Assembly (NCBI GenBank): GCA_003344405.1
Contig: NOWV01000019.1
Span: 310,001-374,000 of the forward strand
Reading direction: 5' to 3'
Origin: Trichoplax sp. H2
Taxonomy: Eukaryota
DNA: 64,000 nucleotides
Positions within the stretch are counted from its first letter, which is position 1. Each line of letters starts with the position of its first letter. Below are positions 40,684 to 55,189 of this stretch, in pieces. The translations under genes and the position numbers were made by a program. The notes beneath the pieces were generated by a model. That model saw nothing but the letters and a program-made list of their open reading frames with translations, did not search any database and had not been told where the DNA came from.

Positions 40684-43479
40684 CGTGGTAATCTATCCGT
40701 ATAGAAATAAAATTAAATGCCTGTGATCAGAAATGAAAATGCTTGTATCAGCATTCATGATCTCTGACGCTTTACAAAATTATCTATGAGATACCGTATC
40801 ATGCTATCATGACACAAGTTGTACAGATTCCAGTATTAAATTGATTTTCAAATTGATCTAACGTAGATCATGGATACTCGCTGTACACTAGTAGTGTATG
40901 CAATAAAAGGGAAACAAGATAACACTTTGTCTACTGATGGCCCTCAACCTAGAAAGAGATTGGACGATACAGCTCGATGTCCTGCATTCATTCGCCTCTA
41001 CTGTACATACAACAACATTCATCAATCTAATCTAATTTATGTAACTGGCAACTTATTTTGATTTACATTATGCAAAGAACAATCCTGATATTAGTATTCT
41101 ATCGTAGTTATCAACTAAGGCGATATGATAAATGACCACAGACCTTCAATTCCTGACTGATTTGTCATCAACTACCTGGATGTGTCTTTTAGGTTGTAAA
41201 TAATGCAAAACTTGATCGTTCTTGGCATTTATATAAGCTAGCTACAATACAAACATTGTAAGACGCGATAAGTGACGACTGTAAGAAAATGGAAGGCATC
41301 ATCGATGTCAACCTTCTAGGTTTATTACAGTGTTTAGGACCCTTGATGCAATTGAATACCAATTATAAATTATTTCCCCATGAATTGGATTAGTAATCCA
41401 TACCAGGCATATTTTCCATGCTTGCTATGTGTCAATAAAGGACCGATACGGGCTAGTGAAATTACTGTACAGCTTGTGATAAGTAGGGAATGGTCCCAAC
41501 TATTATTTTTATTGTAGCTCAACAACATGCTAATTAAAAAACATTGATGATTCCGTAAGGAAAAGTGATCAGATGGAGTCATGCAATAGAAGCTTTCACC
41601 ATCCTTGCTACTTTACATAAATACAATTTTTCTATCGTGCCAATACGAGTGGATGATGACTTTGCATCGAGGGACGCTTTTCAAGTATAGAAACGTAAAA
41701 ACAATAACCTTGTATGTATCTGGTTCACTGTTGCCAAAAATCAGGATTACATTGACTTATAAGGAAATAGCGATACAGTCAAGACTAGTGCTTTATAAGC
41801 TGTAGTACTGTCAATCCATGGTAAGTGCAGGGATAAGCCGATGATAGTGATTAGCGTCCAAGTGCTCGTTGATGCCATTCTCGGGAGTTTCTATACTCGT
41901 CAACACGCTTGTACAGTCAGTTCAGCGGAAAAAGTAATTACAGTATTGTATCTCTATCCATATTTATTCTCCTACGATGCCAAGCCTACATGATCACTGA
42001 ATGTATTTAAACTACAGTATGAATGGACAAAAATTCCATCGCTGCCGGCATCAATCTTTAGCGATAGTCCTATGTGATAATGAAATTCGCTATTTTCGAA
42101 GTGCACTTGTAGGTCACGAGAAGGTGAATTCGTAGCCGTTATTAGCTAACATAAGTAGTTAGCATTAAGAATGACCAAATCAATCCGTACAATCATGGAC
42201 TATTTTTTAAACATTACTATGTCGCATACTTGGCACAGGGAGAAAGTAAAAATGATAGTGGGGAATCAGAGATAGACGTCCATTTTCGAATCAAACTACT
42301 CCATCTATCTCAAGATGGAGTCATGTTGTATTGTGATCAAGTCAGCTGCGAATGTAATCTGATCGCGTGTAAAAATAATAGCACAGTATCGAGTAGAATG
42401 GTTGAAATCTAATCCAAGGGCTCGTCTATGATCACGCAAAAGTACTGTCTTTGATTGATGCTGTATTTCTTTCTTTTTTTTAACATTCAAGCGATCGATG
42501 TCGAGCAAAGCAATAGCAAGAAGATGTCAATAAACACGGGCATTCGAGCATCAATGGTGCTGTATGCTGTTTGAATCACTTGTCCGTGGGTATACGTTGA
42601 TGATGCTATGACGTCGATTCATTTAGTTCAACGTGTCTGCAGACAATCATGAATCCTAAGGTAAATCATTGAAGCATGGCCGGTCTTGATGTTGACTTAG
42701 AATGGAGAAATACGGATAGGAAAAGTCATGGAAAAAAGGAAAGAGGCATTCAGACCTCAGCACGTTGTACTACAGTCTAGCAATGATGCGATCATCAGCC
42801 CTTCCCTTCTTTCCTATTCATCCATAAACATGTTTCCAAGATAACAACAGTATAAGGCTATTGGCTGGTAAATTGGATAAACAATGTCGGCCAAGCTAGC
42901 ACGCTTTGCAGAGGTTTACTAATCCATTTGTCAAGGTGCACCTTACCCCAGCAGTGGGTAGAAAGCTTACTGATGACTTTAGATCGTTGTCGACTTACTG
43001 TATTGTCAACTATTTCAACATGGACAAGAAAGGTTGCGTCCATGCAGGCCCATCAAGTCCCTTATCTCTTCTCTTGTCAAATCCATGATCGCGATTGGAT
43101 TGATGATTCTATCATCATTTCAATCTTCTCTTTTCCTCATTGACAACTCATTCTAGGAGAAAGAATTGTTAAATTATTCATGAATCATTACCTAATGGGC
43201 GATTTCTTGTCGGTACGAAATGAAATTGGAAATAGTCAAGACGTTGTTGATGGCGGGCAAGACGATCTGCAACACGACGAAAACACTTGACTCAATCAGT
43301 CAAGAAGAGCAATGCGATTGAATAGGAAGTCAATTGGGAACCAGTGCAACAATAACTATGTATAATTAATAGGTAGATTGCATTCCACCCTGTCAATCTT
43401 TCAATCAAAGCTTGTAATGATAATTTCTCCTCTTGAATCCGATGCAAGGACGAATGGAGGACAAGGAAGTCTTGGTCAA

Positions 43480-43785
43480 AGGCTTGTTGACGATGTGCCG
43501 ACTAGGCTGTCCTGGCCTGCCTGACCGGTATTGTCATCAACCGCTTGATGACGCAATGGGTAAGGTCGGCTTGACGGTGAACGTCAGCCTTGCCCATGGG
43601 TCAATCGACTAGGCCGGTGACGCCTGTTGGCGTTGTCAGTCAAATCGCTCGTGTGGCTTTCGTAACCTACAGTGTGTGGTGAAAGCGTGGCGGTGAGTGA
43701 CGATCCACTGATGGTGGCGGGGTCACGCGCGCTATGACGTCATACGCGTGGTCCATTCAGCAACAATAAACAGCCAATCCAATGA
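43480..43785 (-). promoter_or_regulatory. GC/CpG-rich probable GPD2 promoter and non-coding first exon
   Basis: Locally high CpG; palindromic CRE/ATF site TATGACGTCATA (43733-43744); CCAAT at ~43774; possible minus-strand donor tag|gttacg at ~43665; acceptor-like atag 9 nt upstream of the GPD2 ATG. Confidence 0.55.
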
Positions 43786-44220
43786 CTGCCATCTTCTCCA
43801 GGCTTGCGTTGATTGGGTCCGGATCGGCCTGGGTACCAGTACCGTGGTTGCGATCTTCTCCTGGCTTGCGTTGTACAGTACTGTACTGTACTGTATTGGA
43901 GAACAACAATTGGGTCCAGATCGGACCGGGTACCAGTACCGTGGTTGCCATCTTCTCCTGGATTGCGTTGTACTGTACTATACTGTATTGGAGAACAACA
44001 ATTGGGTCCAGATCGGACCGGGTACCAGTACCGTGGTTGCCATCTTCTCCTGGCTTGCGTTGTACTGTACTGTACTGTATTGGAGAACAACAATTGGGTC
44101 CGGATCGGACCGGGTACCAGTACCGTGGTTGCCATCTTCTCCAGGCTTGCGTTGTACACTGGACAGGGGAACAACAATTGGGTCCGGCTCGGACCTGGTA
44201 CCAGTACAGTGGTTGCCATG
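43785..44220. repeat. ~92-bp tandem repeat, about 5 copies, with internal palindromes and (TACTG)n
   Basis: Unit ttgggtcc(a/g)gatcggaccgggtaccagtaccgtggttgccatcttctcctggcttgcgttgtactgtactgtactgtattggagaacaacaa starts at 43813, 43910, 44002, 44094 and 44178. Confidence 0.95.
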
Positions 44221-46809
44221 GGTGCTAGTTGCTATTCCTGTTGACCACGTCGTATTCTTGGTTTCGTCATGGATTGCAACAGCAACAAACTGTCGCGACT
44301 CTACAGTATTTCGGAGGCAGGAAATTGCACACTGCTTGATTACTTTGATGGACTCCGCTCTTGACTACAGTACCAACAACAATAGATTCGATGCCTTGTA
44401 CAGTATACTGCCTTTGAGCAATAATCCAAATAGTACCTACTGTACACACATAGCTCTATCGACAAGCTGCTGCAGTCAGGATAAATTCCTTGAATGCCAC
44501 AATATTAATTGTTTTGCTAGCCCATGAAATGGAATAAATTCCTCTGACAATCTTGTAGGCTCTCCGGAATAAAAATGACAAATTGTTATTCATCATCAGC
44601 GGAATACTGCACAGTACTGTACAATGGTTATTTGTCTTACAAGTCCCTAGTTAGCGCACAGAAGCTGCTTTTTATTCACCTCCAAATTACCCCATTTCCT
44701 TGCAATCCTGTCGACGCCTAATCTCGATCTTACTGCCTGATGAAAGCATAAGAATGAAGGAATCCAAGTCTATTCTATGACGTGATCCAAATCAAGCTTC
44801 CAAAATAACTCGGGCTGTATGTAGCCTCAACATATTCTTACAACAGCTACAAAAATAGCCTAGAACTTCGGTAACGGTCCTAACTATCCTACTTTATACT
44901 GTACTCCGTGTACTGTATATTAAGAGAAAGGACTATTTGACCACTGCACGCTTATATTTATTAATAAATTATAATTATTATAGTAACTCATTCGTAAGCA
45001 CGCCTCTGACTTTATAACAATCATAGAACAAGCTTCATAGCAGATTGAGCTATGACAATTAATTTTATTTTAACGGTCTCAGTGGTCCCATTCGACCAGT
45101 CTTGCATCTCTGATTTTACATACTTTGTACGCTTCAATTTATTATGCTGGCCTTCAGCATACGGAGGAAAAAATGTAAAACATGTCACAACAAGGGCTAA
45201 TGATCACTTGGACAACATCGCGCACATTTGAAAATACTTATTTCCAATCTTACATTCGTCATGGACCACTAGATGCAGTACTTACGCAAAATATAAAGTA
45301 CCTAGTGATCCTTGCGATCTTCTAGCCTATGCGTAGTTCAATCCTAATCTCTTGCTGATATCCTAGGCTGCTGCAATGATCTGAACGGCCAGCAGACCCG
45401 ATGAACGGTACACTTGAACAGCGTTTGCCGAGTCTGCACAAGAGTTCCTATCTCTCTAGCGTACTGTAATATGCGTATAAATTGCAGTACCTATCTTTTC
45501 TTTCTACGGTATTACTAAAAATCCTGGTGGTCCGTTTCTAGTAGTCATTGGCGTATACATCATCATACAGTCATAGACAACTTGAAGAGAACTCTTGTAG
45601 TGAATGACTTACTGTACTTTTACGACCATACCATCATCCTTCCAAACGGAGTATCCATCCCAAGCCCTTATGCATAATTTCTAGCGTCTATAATACTGTA
45701 CAGTACAGCGTACAGTAATGGCACGCCTTTAGTGATAGCGCTCTACAGTATATATTCTACTTTACAAAGCTCATTTGTCAAGTTCTAGCAACTTACACTA
45801 GTTACAAGCTAGCACCGTCTGATGTCAAGTATAATATTTCTACGTCGGTATAGCTCTCAAGCAGCTGCATTACCAATTGCTACCGTATCCCTTCCGATAC
45901 TACGTACTGCATCTCGTTGTTTACTGAGTGAAATAATGATTCTTGCGAAATCGCTACAATAAATAAATTATACATAATGGCTTTTTCTTACTATTATACT
46001 GTAGCTTTCACAGCTCTGTTATAAAAAGAGAAAGGACTTGAACCTTTCAAAACGTCTACTAAACAGACGATACATAAACTGACTAGCATTTACCAATCAA
46101 TAAACCAAATGTAATCTGTTTTAAACGGAGTATTTATTGACTTGCAAAGGCCTAGCCAAACGGCAAGCTTATTAATGCTAACTGTAAAGAGGCAGTGCCT
46201 TCAAATATGCGGAATATCTGTACTGAGGCTTCTTGTTGACAAGACTCAACCAGCATACGTATAGTAAACAAAATGAATCTATCGGCATCACAGGTTAATA
46301 ATAAAATAAAATACGATATGGATAAAGCAAGCAAGTTGACAACGTCAGTCTTTCTCTGACATTGTTAAATGCTAAACGAAACAAATGCTCTTTTCTTAAT
46401 AGGTAGAGCTAATCTCGCTTATCATGATGCTGGCTAATAGCTTGTAGCAATGATAACATCGGATTTCCGAGTTTGATATCCTTAGAAACAGGCGTTCTAA
46501 AAGTTTCTTTTATAAACATTTCAATCTTGAATATAATTTATCCTTAATTATATCATATTATACAAGATTACGCACTCTACTAACTAATTGTACGAGTAAA
46601 ATGTAACAGATACATAGTAAATTAAGCCTCTAGTTAGCTAAGGCAGCAAATAAAATTTTATACATCAAGTTTCTTAATAGAAGAACATTTCAGCCATTAG
46701 CTTGATATTTATACATAGAAACAGGCAAATCTAGTCAGCTGACTATTATTAGTGCTAAAACAACTTAGCGCTACGTTAATTGCTTAGAGTAGTTATAGAA
46801 CAAATAATA

Positions 46810-49800
46810 TCACTCAGTTTGTGAATCTTCTCCTTCTGAGGAAACCGTAATGCCAAATGATTTTGTAATCATATCTGTCATTTGCAGAACTAAATGCTTA
46901 TTGGCTCCACCGCGAATACTATGATCTTTGTTGGTATACGCCTACGAACCGAAAATACGGATAAAGCATATAAATGATGTAAGACTGTACAGTACCAAAC
47001 ATCGTCAAACAATTTGCTATTCCTGTTTGGCTAATTCTATAATGTCAACATTTTATTCCATGAAATTTATACTTTTCATTAAAAATAATTTAGTTTCAGA
47101 GAAAAATCTTAAATCATGAACTGAAGGTACTTCAACAAACCTGCATTCTAAAGGGAATAACTTCATTTTGTAATGCTTCTACCAAAATTGCCGTATTAGA
47201 GTAATGGACATTGTCATCACTTGTGCCATGAGCAATAAAAAATGAAACAGTTTTATTCTTGAATCCTTGCAGATTATTGACGATTGCAGATTGCTACCGT
47301 TATTACAGACAGGAATATGAGGAAATAAAAATAATAAAAAATGATTTAGTTAGGCAATCGTTACAAGGAAATATTACATCAAGACTGACGAAAGCTAGAA
47401 ACACTAAATTTACATTGTAGCCAGCGGCATTGTCGGATGGTGTTGCCAGGAAGCGCTCAGAATATATAGCATCTACACTCGAATTAATAATTAACATCAT
47501 TATAGGACATAGTTAACAATACTTTTTTTCCTAGTTGAATTCAAGGTTAATTTACCGTAGAATCCCCAATTTGCAACCGGTGCAACAGAGAACCCAATTT
47601 TGAATAAGCCCTGATTCCTACCGGTAACCATAGCCGTCATGTAACCACCGTAGGACTAATAAATTAATATTAAAAAATATAAGACCAAATATTCCATCTA
47701 TTAATGTCAGCTGGACTCATAACGCTAAATATTTTACAGAACTAAAATCGTTAAATGCTACAATCGATAGTTACAGCCGTGATATTAACTGATTCTTGTA
47801 GCATAATCTAGTTAAATCGACTCGGACAGTAAATCAACTGTTGCATTCTAGCGATAATAGCCTCAAAACATATGCTCAAAATAACTCACCCAGCCAAACA
47901 TGCAAATCTTATCTGGATCGACGTAGCTTTGTTGACGTAGGTATCTGACCAAGGGAGTAATATGATTACTGGATAATGACACTTTATATTATATGTTCGA
48001 TATTTCAATCAAATTTTTAAACGTCACTAGTACCTAAATACATTGAGGAAGTCGTCTGACTCTAAAAGTCCAATTTTTCTATATGTTAAGAACTTAAACC
48101 TACAAACCAGAGTAAGCACCAAGTGAAAGATGAGGACAAGCTGTAACTTCTTTTATATATACATATAGTTCAGAATATTAATATTAAGATGAACAGTTAC
48201 ATCAACTGCAATATAAAATGTTACAAATTACTTAATTGAACAGTTACAAGTGCAGAACATTGATTAATTAGTGTCCTTTCATTTTAATAGAGAGCAATGT
48301 ATCTGACTAAATTCATAAAATTGTATCAAAGTTTCATAGCGTACTTGTTGCCTCGGTAACCCGTTCCACGTGGATCAACTCTGATCACTACCATTTGAAG
48401 GGTTGTTGAAAAGTATTGCGGAAATCCGAGTGACCATGAAGTTTTAACCTGCGATATTTGTGCGGAAACGTAAGACTGTTGCTCTAATCTATCACAATAA
48501 ATTAAATATCTTCATTCAACAGTAAATATCTACTCTTACAGTTTGAGAACCAGGCCCTCCATACCTAATGTGATAACATGAATAATGATAAAAAGAAGTT
48601 AACATTTAGTTCATAAGCTGGTTGTACATTTTGCAAAAATATCTTTATTTGATTTTCAATACTTACACATATAGCATAACTGGATATCTTTTATTAGCGT
48701 CAAAGAGTGGAGGCCGGTATTCAATAGCATTTAATTCTATTCATAAAATTATTCGTGTCATAAGCTCCATTACAGTGTTAAAAAATGCACGCTTACATAA
48801 TCTGTCAAATCATCAAAATTTGCCTGGACTTACTGTAACCATTGCTATTAATTTGGTAAATATGACGTTCAGCCAATTCATGCTCAGATAATTTAGTAGC
48901 TAGTTCAGTGTTGTTTTCTAGCAAGGTCTCTAAAATAACCCATTTACAATATTGTCTTACAGCAAAAGTCGATACCAAGAATGCAATATATCAAAGATGC
49001 ACTATTTATATTGATTTAGGTAACTGCACAAATACTTACTGTCACTTGTCGCTGTAGTAACTACGTAATAAGATGGGATATTCGGGCCTGCAGTTGTTAT
49101 ACAAGAATAAAACGTTAAAATAATCTAGAATTGAAAATATTGTGTAGATATTTCAATCGTACCTAAGCACCGTAAGAAATAAAAGGATGCCTGAGAACTA
49201 AAGGTAGCCGAAAAATAGGAGTAGGTACCTAGAGAAGAAATGTCCAAATTATTACAACTGTAATAATACTAAGCGTATAGTAAATAATTTGATATTAAAA
49301 AATGATAGCGAAAAGAAATTCTCAAATATATACCACTTTGGAACATGTTACAGGTCAGACAAGTTACTGTTGGACTTGCACTTGTCGTGGCGCTATAAAG
49401 TAAAAATAATATTTACAACCAACGAAATAATAATTCTTGAAGCAACCTACTACAGTAAGCATCGAACTAGATTTATAACAAAAAATTACGACAAGGTCAA
49501 CTTACCTATAAATATGTCTGGTTGTTGACGATTGCTTAGTACTTTGAAAATAACTACCCAGAATAAGGAAATTGTTACTTCTCCACAATTATACAACTTT
49601 CATTAAGCCATGATACACTTTAAAAGCTTTTACAGGGCACAATCAAAGTTAGCAACATTTATGATAATATTTACATCATGTCATTCGTAAGTGTCAATCC
49701 ATACAAGCTAGTGACTTCCCACTCTCCATCAGTCAAGAACTGTCTAAAATTCGTCTATAAGAGCATAAAGCGGTTGAGTAATTAAACATATTTTCGACTT

Positions 49801-52800
49801 TAAGCAGCGATTATTAGCACTTGCTATATTTATAACATCAGTTGCCTTACCGATATAACAATTTTAGCAATGTGATTAAAGGTTCCTTTATCTGCAACAG
49901 CTTTCGGTAAAATCGTGTATAAAGTACTACCATCAGAACTAGACAATGGTCGATACTATTTCGTGAAAGAAAGAGTTTGAGAAATACAAATTAAGAAAAA
50001 TAAATTAAATATCTCATAGATCTGCTACAATGATTTTCGTACATAGTGAAAGTCAACATATCCACCAGAAGTTGTCGATGAGGCTGCAGAAATCTATGGG
50101 ATATAAACAAATGCAAGACAAGTAAAAAAACGTTATCAACGTTGGGTCAGATCTAACGTTATAAATTAAATTAAGTCGTGATTATACCTCTGTACAGTCT
50201 CCTGTTTGAGGATTGCACGTTGTAACTGAACTGATATTTTGTAATCTATTCAACCAGTATACAATAATGGTATTGCTGTTTGGCCAGACAACATTGGTAT
50301 AGTAGTAGTTCCTACAAGAAAATGGAAAGTATTTTACATTGTCATAATGACAACTCTATATTGGAATAAAATGTAGATAACAACTAATCTTCATTGCAAC
50401 TATTTACCCATCTCCGGTAATGCGTGCCGGTGGTTGTAGAGTGACTATTCTGGAAATATTATTATTACTAATAGCCGCGACATTTAGCGTAAATTTAGGC
50501 AGCGTTGTTCCAGGCTATTTATTAAAATAAGAAAAGGTTTTATTATCTACCCATAATGACCCACGAATCTTCGAAAGCGGTAAAATATTAAAGTATTAGT
50601 TTAGAATTATAAATGTAAAGGCATTGACACCTTTGGATATGGTATACTGTGAAGTTTCGCAACATAACCATTTCTATCAGGTTCATACGTAAACCATTTG
50701 GCATGAATGATATGGCTATCATTAAAGGAAGCGTAGCACAAATACGTTGCATCTGGTGACCAGTATTTCGCATTCCCTGTACTTAATATTTCCTCTACAA
50801 TAGATCAGCATCCAATCAAAATTGTTTTATTCGCTATAACGTCTATAAACGACCGCCATCACCAAAGACTAATTGTACAACTGCGATTCATAAATGGCGT
50901 CGATCACTAATTCATACTAAAAGTCAAATTAGAGCTGCTTCCACCTAATAGATGAAGTAGAATAGATCCACTTCATGTAATCATATGCCTAGACTTACCT
51001 TCGTAGGCCCAGTCAGCAGCACCATTGTAGATTTGATCAATATTGCCATTCATAGTTACACGAAGACCACTCGCTGTAGGTGAATTCTTGATGTACAAGT
51101 CATTATTGTAAACATAAGCCTACAATAACAGCAATTAATGTAAAAAAGTAATTAGCTAAAACATGATGTGAAGCTACTTGCGTAAGTAATGTTTTTTTTG
51201 AATTACAAAAAATGGTCTATAATAATATTACCAATTTGTTGCCAGTAGGAGACCAGCTCATTTCACGTAAACGAACCCCTTGACCAGCTTCGTCTAAAAG
51301 GGTGGTGATTCTAAATTATTAAGTAAATAAATTGAAACCTTAAATATTTTTTTATTAGTGCACATAAAATCTAAAGTCAATTCCTTTAGATACCTTGTAG
51401 TAACATCATATAGCGCATATCTCGCGAAATATGAGTGTCGGTAGATCTATCGAAATAATAACTCGTAAGTTAGGAATAGATAATAAGCAATAAATTTATC
51501 ATTACAGACACACAGTTTTACTGGATAATATGGACAGAACGTATAATCAATCTACAGCATATACCAGCATCATTAAATTTTCGATACTAGTTTGAGCGCT
51601 ACGTACTCAGCAACGAGTAAAGCCTTGTATTTAGTATAAACTTAACAGCATTATCGCATAGAACCGAAGTTGAAAGAGTTGGAATTATTTCGAATAGATT
51701 TTCAGGTGTGACATGTATGCAGCTATTCCATTTAAACGATACTCTTATTTAATTAAAAATTAAAATTTATTATATACTATCGCATAGTGTACCTTTTTAT
51801 GATCATATGCTGCCAAGACATAACGTTGGTCACTGCTCCACCAATAAGCATAGGCAGAATAGTTTGACTACCATAAAGAATTCGAAATTAATTGCCAGAG
51901 TTAATCCATTGTGATTACTTAATTACGGTTTACACACTTAGAATAATATCATATATTTATTAATAATATAAGTACACCGGTACGATAGAACAAGGTGTGT
52001 ATGGTATGTTCTATAATTCAATTTTCTAAATTACAGCACAATGCGCATATTTAATATAGCTATTTAGGACTGTAATGGCATATTATGTAGCAATGTAATG
52101 CAATCGCAACATTTTCAAAAACCATCGGTGAAACAATTTAATCTTACCAGAAATTGGCCGACGTGATTAATTACATGGCCTTTTGCTGAAGTTAAATCCA
52201 TCTTCATCAGTTTACCTTCTTCGGTTTTGTATTCATATTCAGTATCTGTAGAAATGTAAATCGCTTCCATAACTATCTCATTTAGGGATTAAAAGAATCG
52301 ATCCAATAAAGGAATAATGTACTGCATACAAATATAGTTTAAATATGAGAACAACCTTGCGCTGTAGTATATTCTGACTTAGCATGAAAGATTTATCGCT
52401 ACAACTGATTCGAACTCAAACCGGAAGCTAAGCATTAAGATTATTAATTTTATTTTAAGCCATGCTTTGATATACCCGTGCACTGTAGTAAGCTTTAAGT
52501 ACAAGAGTATGATAATACGTTCGCACCACGCATAATCATGTCAGCCGAACTAATATTTGCATATTCGTCTATTAGTTCATAACCTTATTGCCATGTCCGA
52601 CAAGAGAAATACCAATTTAAAAAACGATATAATAACGTCGACTGATAAGCAGTACAATACTGTACTGTATAGTTTAGAAAAACAAAGATAAAACTGGGAC
52701 AGCTAGTGAGTATCTGATCGAACCACTGGTCTTACCTGAGAGCCACTTAAAATGTGGTTTCTTAGCCCTATATTCAGTACTATAAAGGGCTTCTACATTA

Positions 52801-55181
52801 AAGGGAGGCTTCGGTTTTTCTGTATCTCCTAAGGAATAATTGAAGCATTAAGGAATTAATAACGTTTGTAATTGGTATATTGTGTATAGTTACGAATCAC
52901 GATTACCACCTTTCTTCCTTATATCATGATATTGATAAAACCGATAATTAAACGAGACTATGATAAAAATTAATTTATTGATGACATTTACTACAGTGGC
53001 GATTATCTTAAGTGTCAGTTCACTGAGATTGAAATGTACGTACGAATTCAGGTTCCGTATATACAAATGATGCAACGAAACCGCTTTACCGCCAACTACA
53101 AGTAAACGCTATATTAAATTTCAGTTCAAATACTGTATTTGACGACGAGTTATGATAATGAATAATTAATCAATAGCAACGTACCATTTCGTATGATGGC
53201 AGCAATACAAGCTAACGACAAATTAGATTAATGATTAATTTATTATACTGTTGCCTATCTTATCGAAAATGAGCTAAATTAGTTTATCACTAAGCCATGG
53301 TATGCCGTAAGTAAGCAATTCATGGATATACCGTCAATTGTTACAACTAAGAAAATAAGCATTGACTCCGCTTTTACGATCATCAGTAGCTTCCTTTATC
53401 GGAAAAGAAAAATTCCACTAGGTGAATACTGTACAAGTCAATAAAGTGAGAATTAACAGCTGTAATCGCGAGATTCGAGAATACTATCGTTACATGATAC
53501 AGTCGTTTAGGCAGTTGTAGTCATAGAGTTATCCATCTCGGATAATGATACATTTAATAATAGTAGACGGTAATCGTTCAAATTGATTGGTCTTGTTGAT
53601 GATAATAGCACTACAGTACTACTAAGATTGCATAGGTAGAATAGGCAGGTTTTTCCGATATTCGATACAAGAAGTCAAAAAAGGGCAATAAAACTTGTCG
53701 ATACTTACTGGCAATGACGACAACGACAGCAATGACCGCAGCTACAATTAAAACAAATATCACGGCGATAATGGTTGCTCGCGTCCTCTTGGCTTTATCC
53801 AAGCCGGAATATTCGACCGGTTCTTCCGCCTTGATTTGACCATATTATATAGTGGCGATTGTTTCCAAAACGGTGTATAAAAACAACAAAGAATGAAATC
53901 ACATCACCGTTAATCAATAGTCCATATGATTTTTCAAGTCAAAATTGAACTACTGTATGGAAGATTTTACAAAAGGGATTGTCTTGATGGAAAGACATTC
54001 AAATCAATTTCGAAAATATCTATTCGAGAGATCATAAGAGAAGTGAGAGACTACGGCGCTGTCCATCCTCATTAGTCATTACAATACGGACTTGGATGGT
54101 TGATTTCCATTTACTTCAAGAATGGGTTTAGAAAAATAGACCAGATGAAAAGTTCTGGGTACGTAGACAAAAATTGGCACAACATGGAGAACCTTGATGG
54201 ACATAATTGTATTTTCTTTTTTTATTTCCATGGCCTGATCACTAAGGATCTTTTGGATCCGCATTAAGAATGAACCATGAAATCAATGTACTGTACTGTA
54301 CAGTATACTAAGGTTATCCAATGGTGTTCGAATGATGGATCATTCTTGAAAGAGTGGGAGAAGACGGTTTGGATCCGTCAACGACTTCAATTTAACGATA
54401 CAATGTTATGTGTCAATTACATTAGCGGGTATCCGTGTCGTGATTTTATCCAAACATATCATACGGTATTGTAAGACTGTTAATTAGTTGATCTAGTAAG
54501 TCAATAACAGTGATGATGGACATTGAAAAGGAACGCTGATGTATTCTCTGGGACGATTAATCCATTTCTCTCTCGTCACTTTGGGTGTATAAAGGAGTTT
54601 TGTTGTAGTTACAACGCTATCCCTATCGAGGTCGACCGTGATGTTGGAAAGAATAGTATAGTAGAGGATAAAGTAAGCCTAGTCATTGAGAAAAAATGGA
54701 AAAAAGAAGCCAGTGATGGAAAACTGCCTTGACGCCATTTTACGTCGTCCTCGAATTCAATGAAAAAAGAAATAGGAAAGATGGGGGGGGGTGGTCTATC
54801 GGAAAATCATGGAAGATAAGTCACCATTTCATTTATCCTACTGAATCCACTGTAACTTGAAAAAATGACTAATAAAAGTGATCGAATGGACATGATTGGA
54901 AACTGAATTTTTGCCTTGATATAAATTCCCATATGGTAAAAGTTTCCCCCCCCCCCGGTCACTGAAAATACAATAGTGAACATACAGTAGTAACATGATT
55001 ATTCTATTGCAGTCAAAGAAAAACATGTTGACTCTTCTTTTAAACGCCTTCGCTTTTCTTGCTAAACTGATTGCATGGCTTTATTTTCCTGTTCCAATGC
55101 TACCCTAGTCTATTTTCTATTGATGGCTACTAAGGGGGAAAAAGAAATGTTCAAAGATCATCATCATCATCAACTTACCAT
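46810..55181 (-). CDS. DPP4: Dipeptidyl peptidase 4-like (S9B) type II membrane serine peptidase, ~28 exons
   Basis: N-terminal TM IIAVIFVLIVAAVIAVVVVIA; IYRHSYFARY; DWAYEEEIL (Glu-Glu motif); YPKAGTT; YVYGGPGSQ; DPRGTGYRG; GW|SYGGYMT (catalytic Ser); WGFYDAIYSER; HGTSDDNVH (Asp); YTNKDHSI (His); TGA at 46812-46810. Start inferred from an ATG-only exon at 55181-55179. Confidence 0.9.
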
Positions 55182-55189
55182 GTTGAAGG

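Noticed and set aside
43785-44220. CRISPR-like appearance (palindromic repeat at regular spacing)
   Set aside because: The intervening sequences are near-identical rather than unique spacers, there are no cas genes, and the context is eukaryotic.
43740-44527. Five overlapping ORFs (64-259 aa) on both strands
   Set aside because: They arise from a stop-poor tandem repeat whose unit lengths are mostly not multiples of 3; the peptides cycle through frames and resemble no known protein.
44718-44750. CTGATGA...GAA as a possible hammerhead ribozyme core
   Set aside because: No stem II or flanking stems could be formed.
44872-44883. taacggtcctaa, matching part of an LSU rRNA / I-CeuI site
   Set aside because: Only 12 nt match and there is no flanking rRNA similarity.
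54783-54956. G-run and C-run ~155 bp apart, resembling terminal inverted repeats
   Set aside because: Complementarity does not extend convincingly beyond the homopolymers and no TSD was seen.
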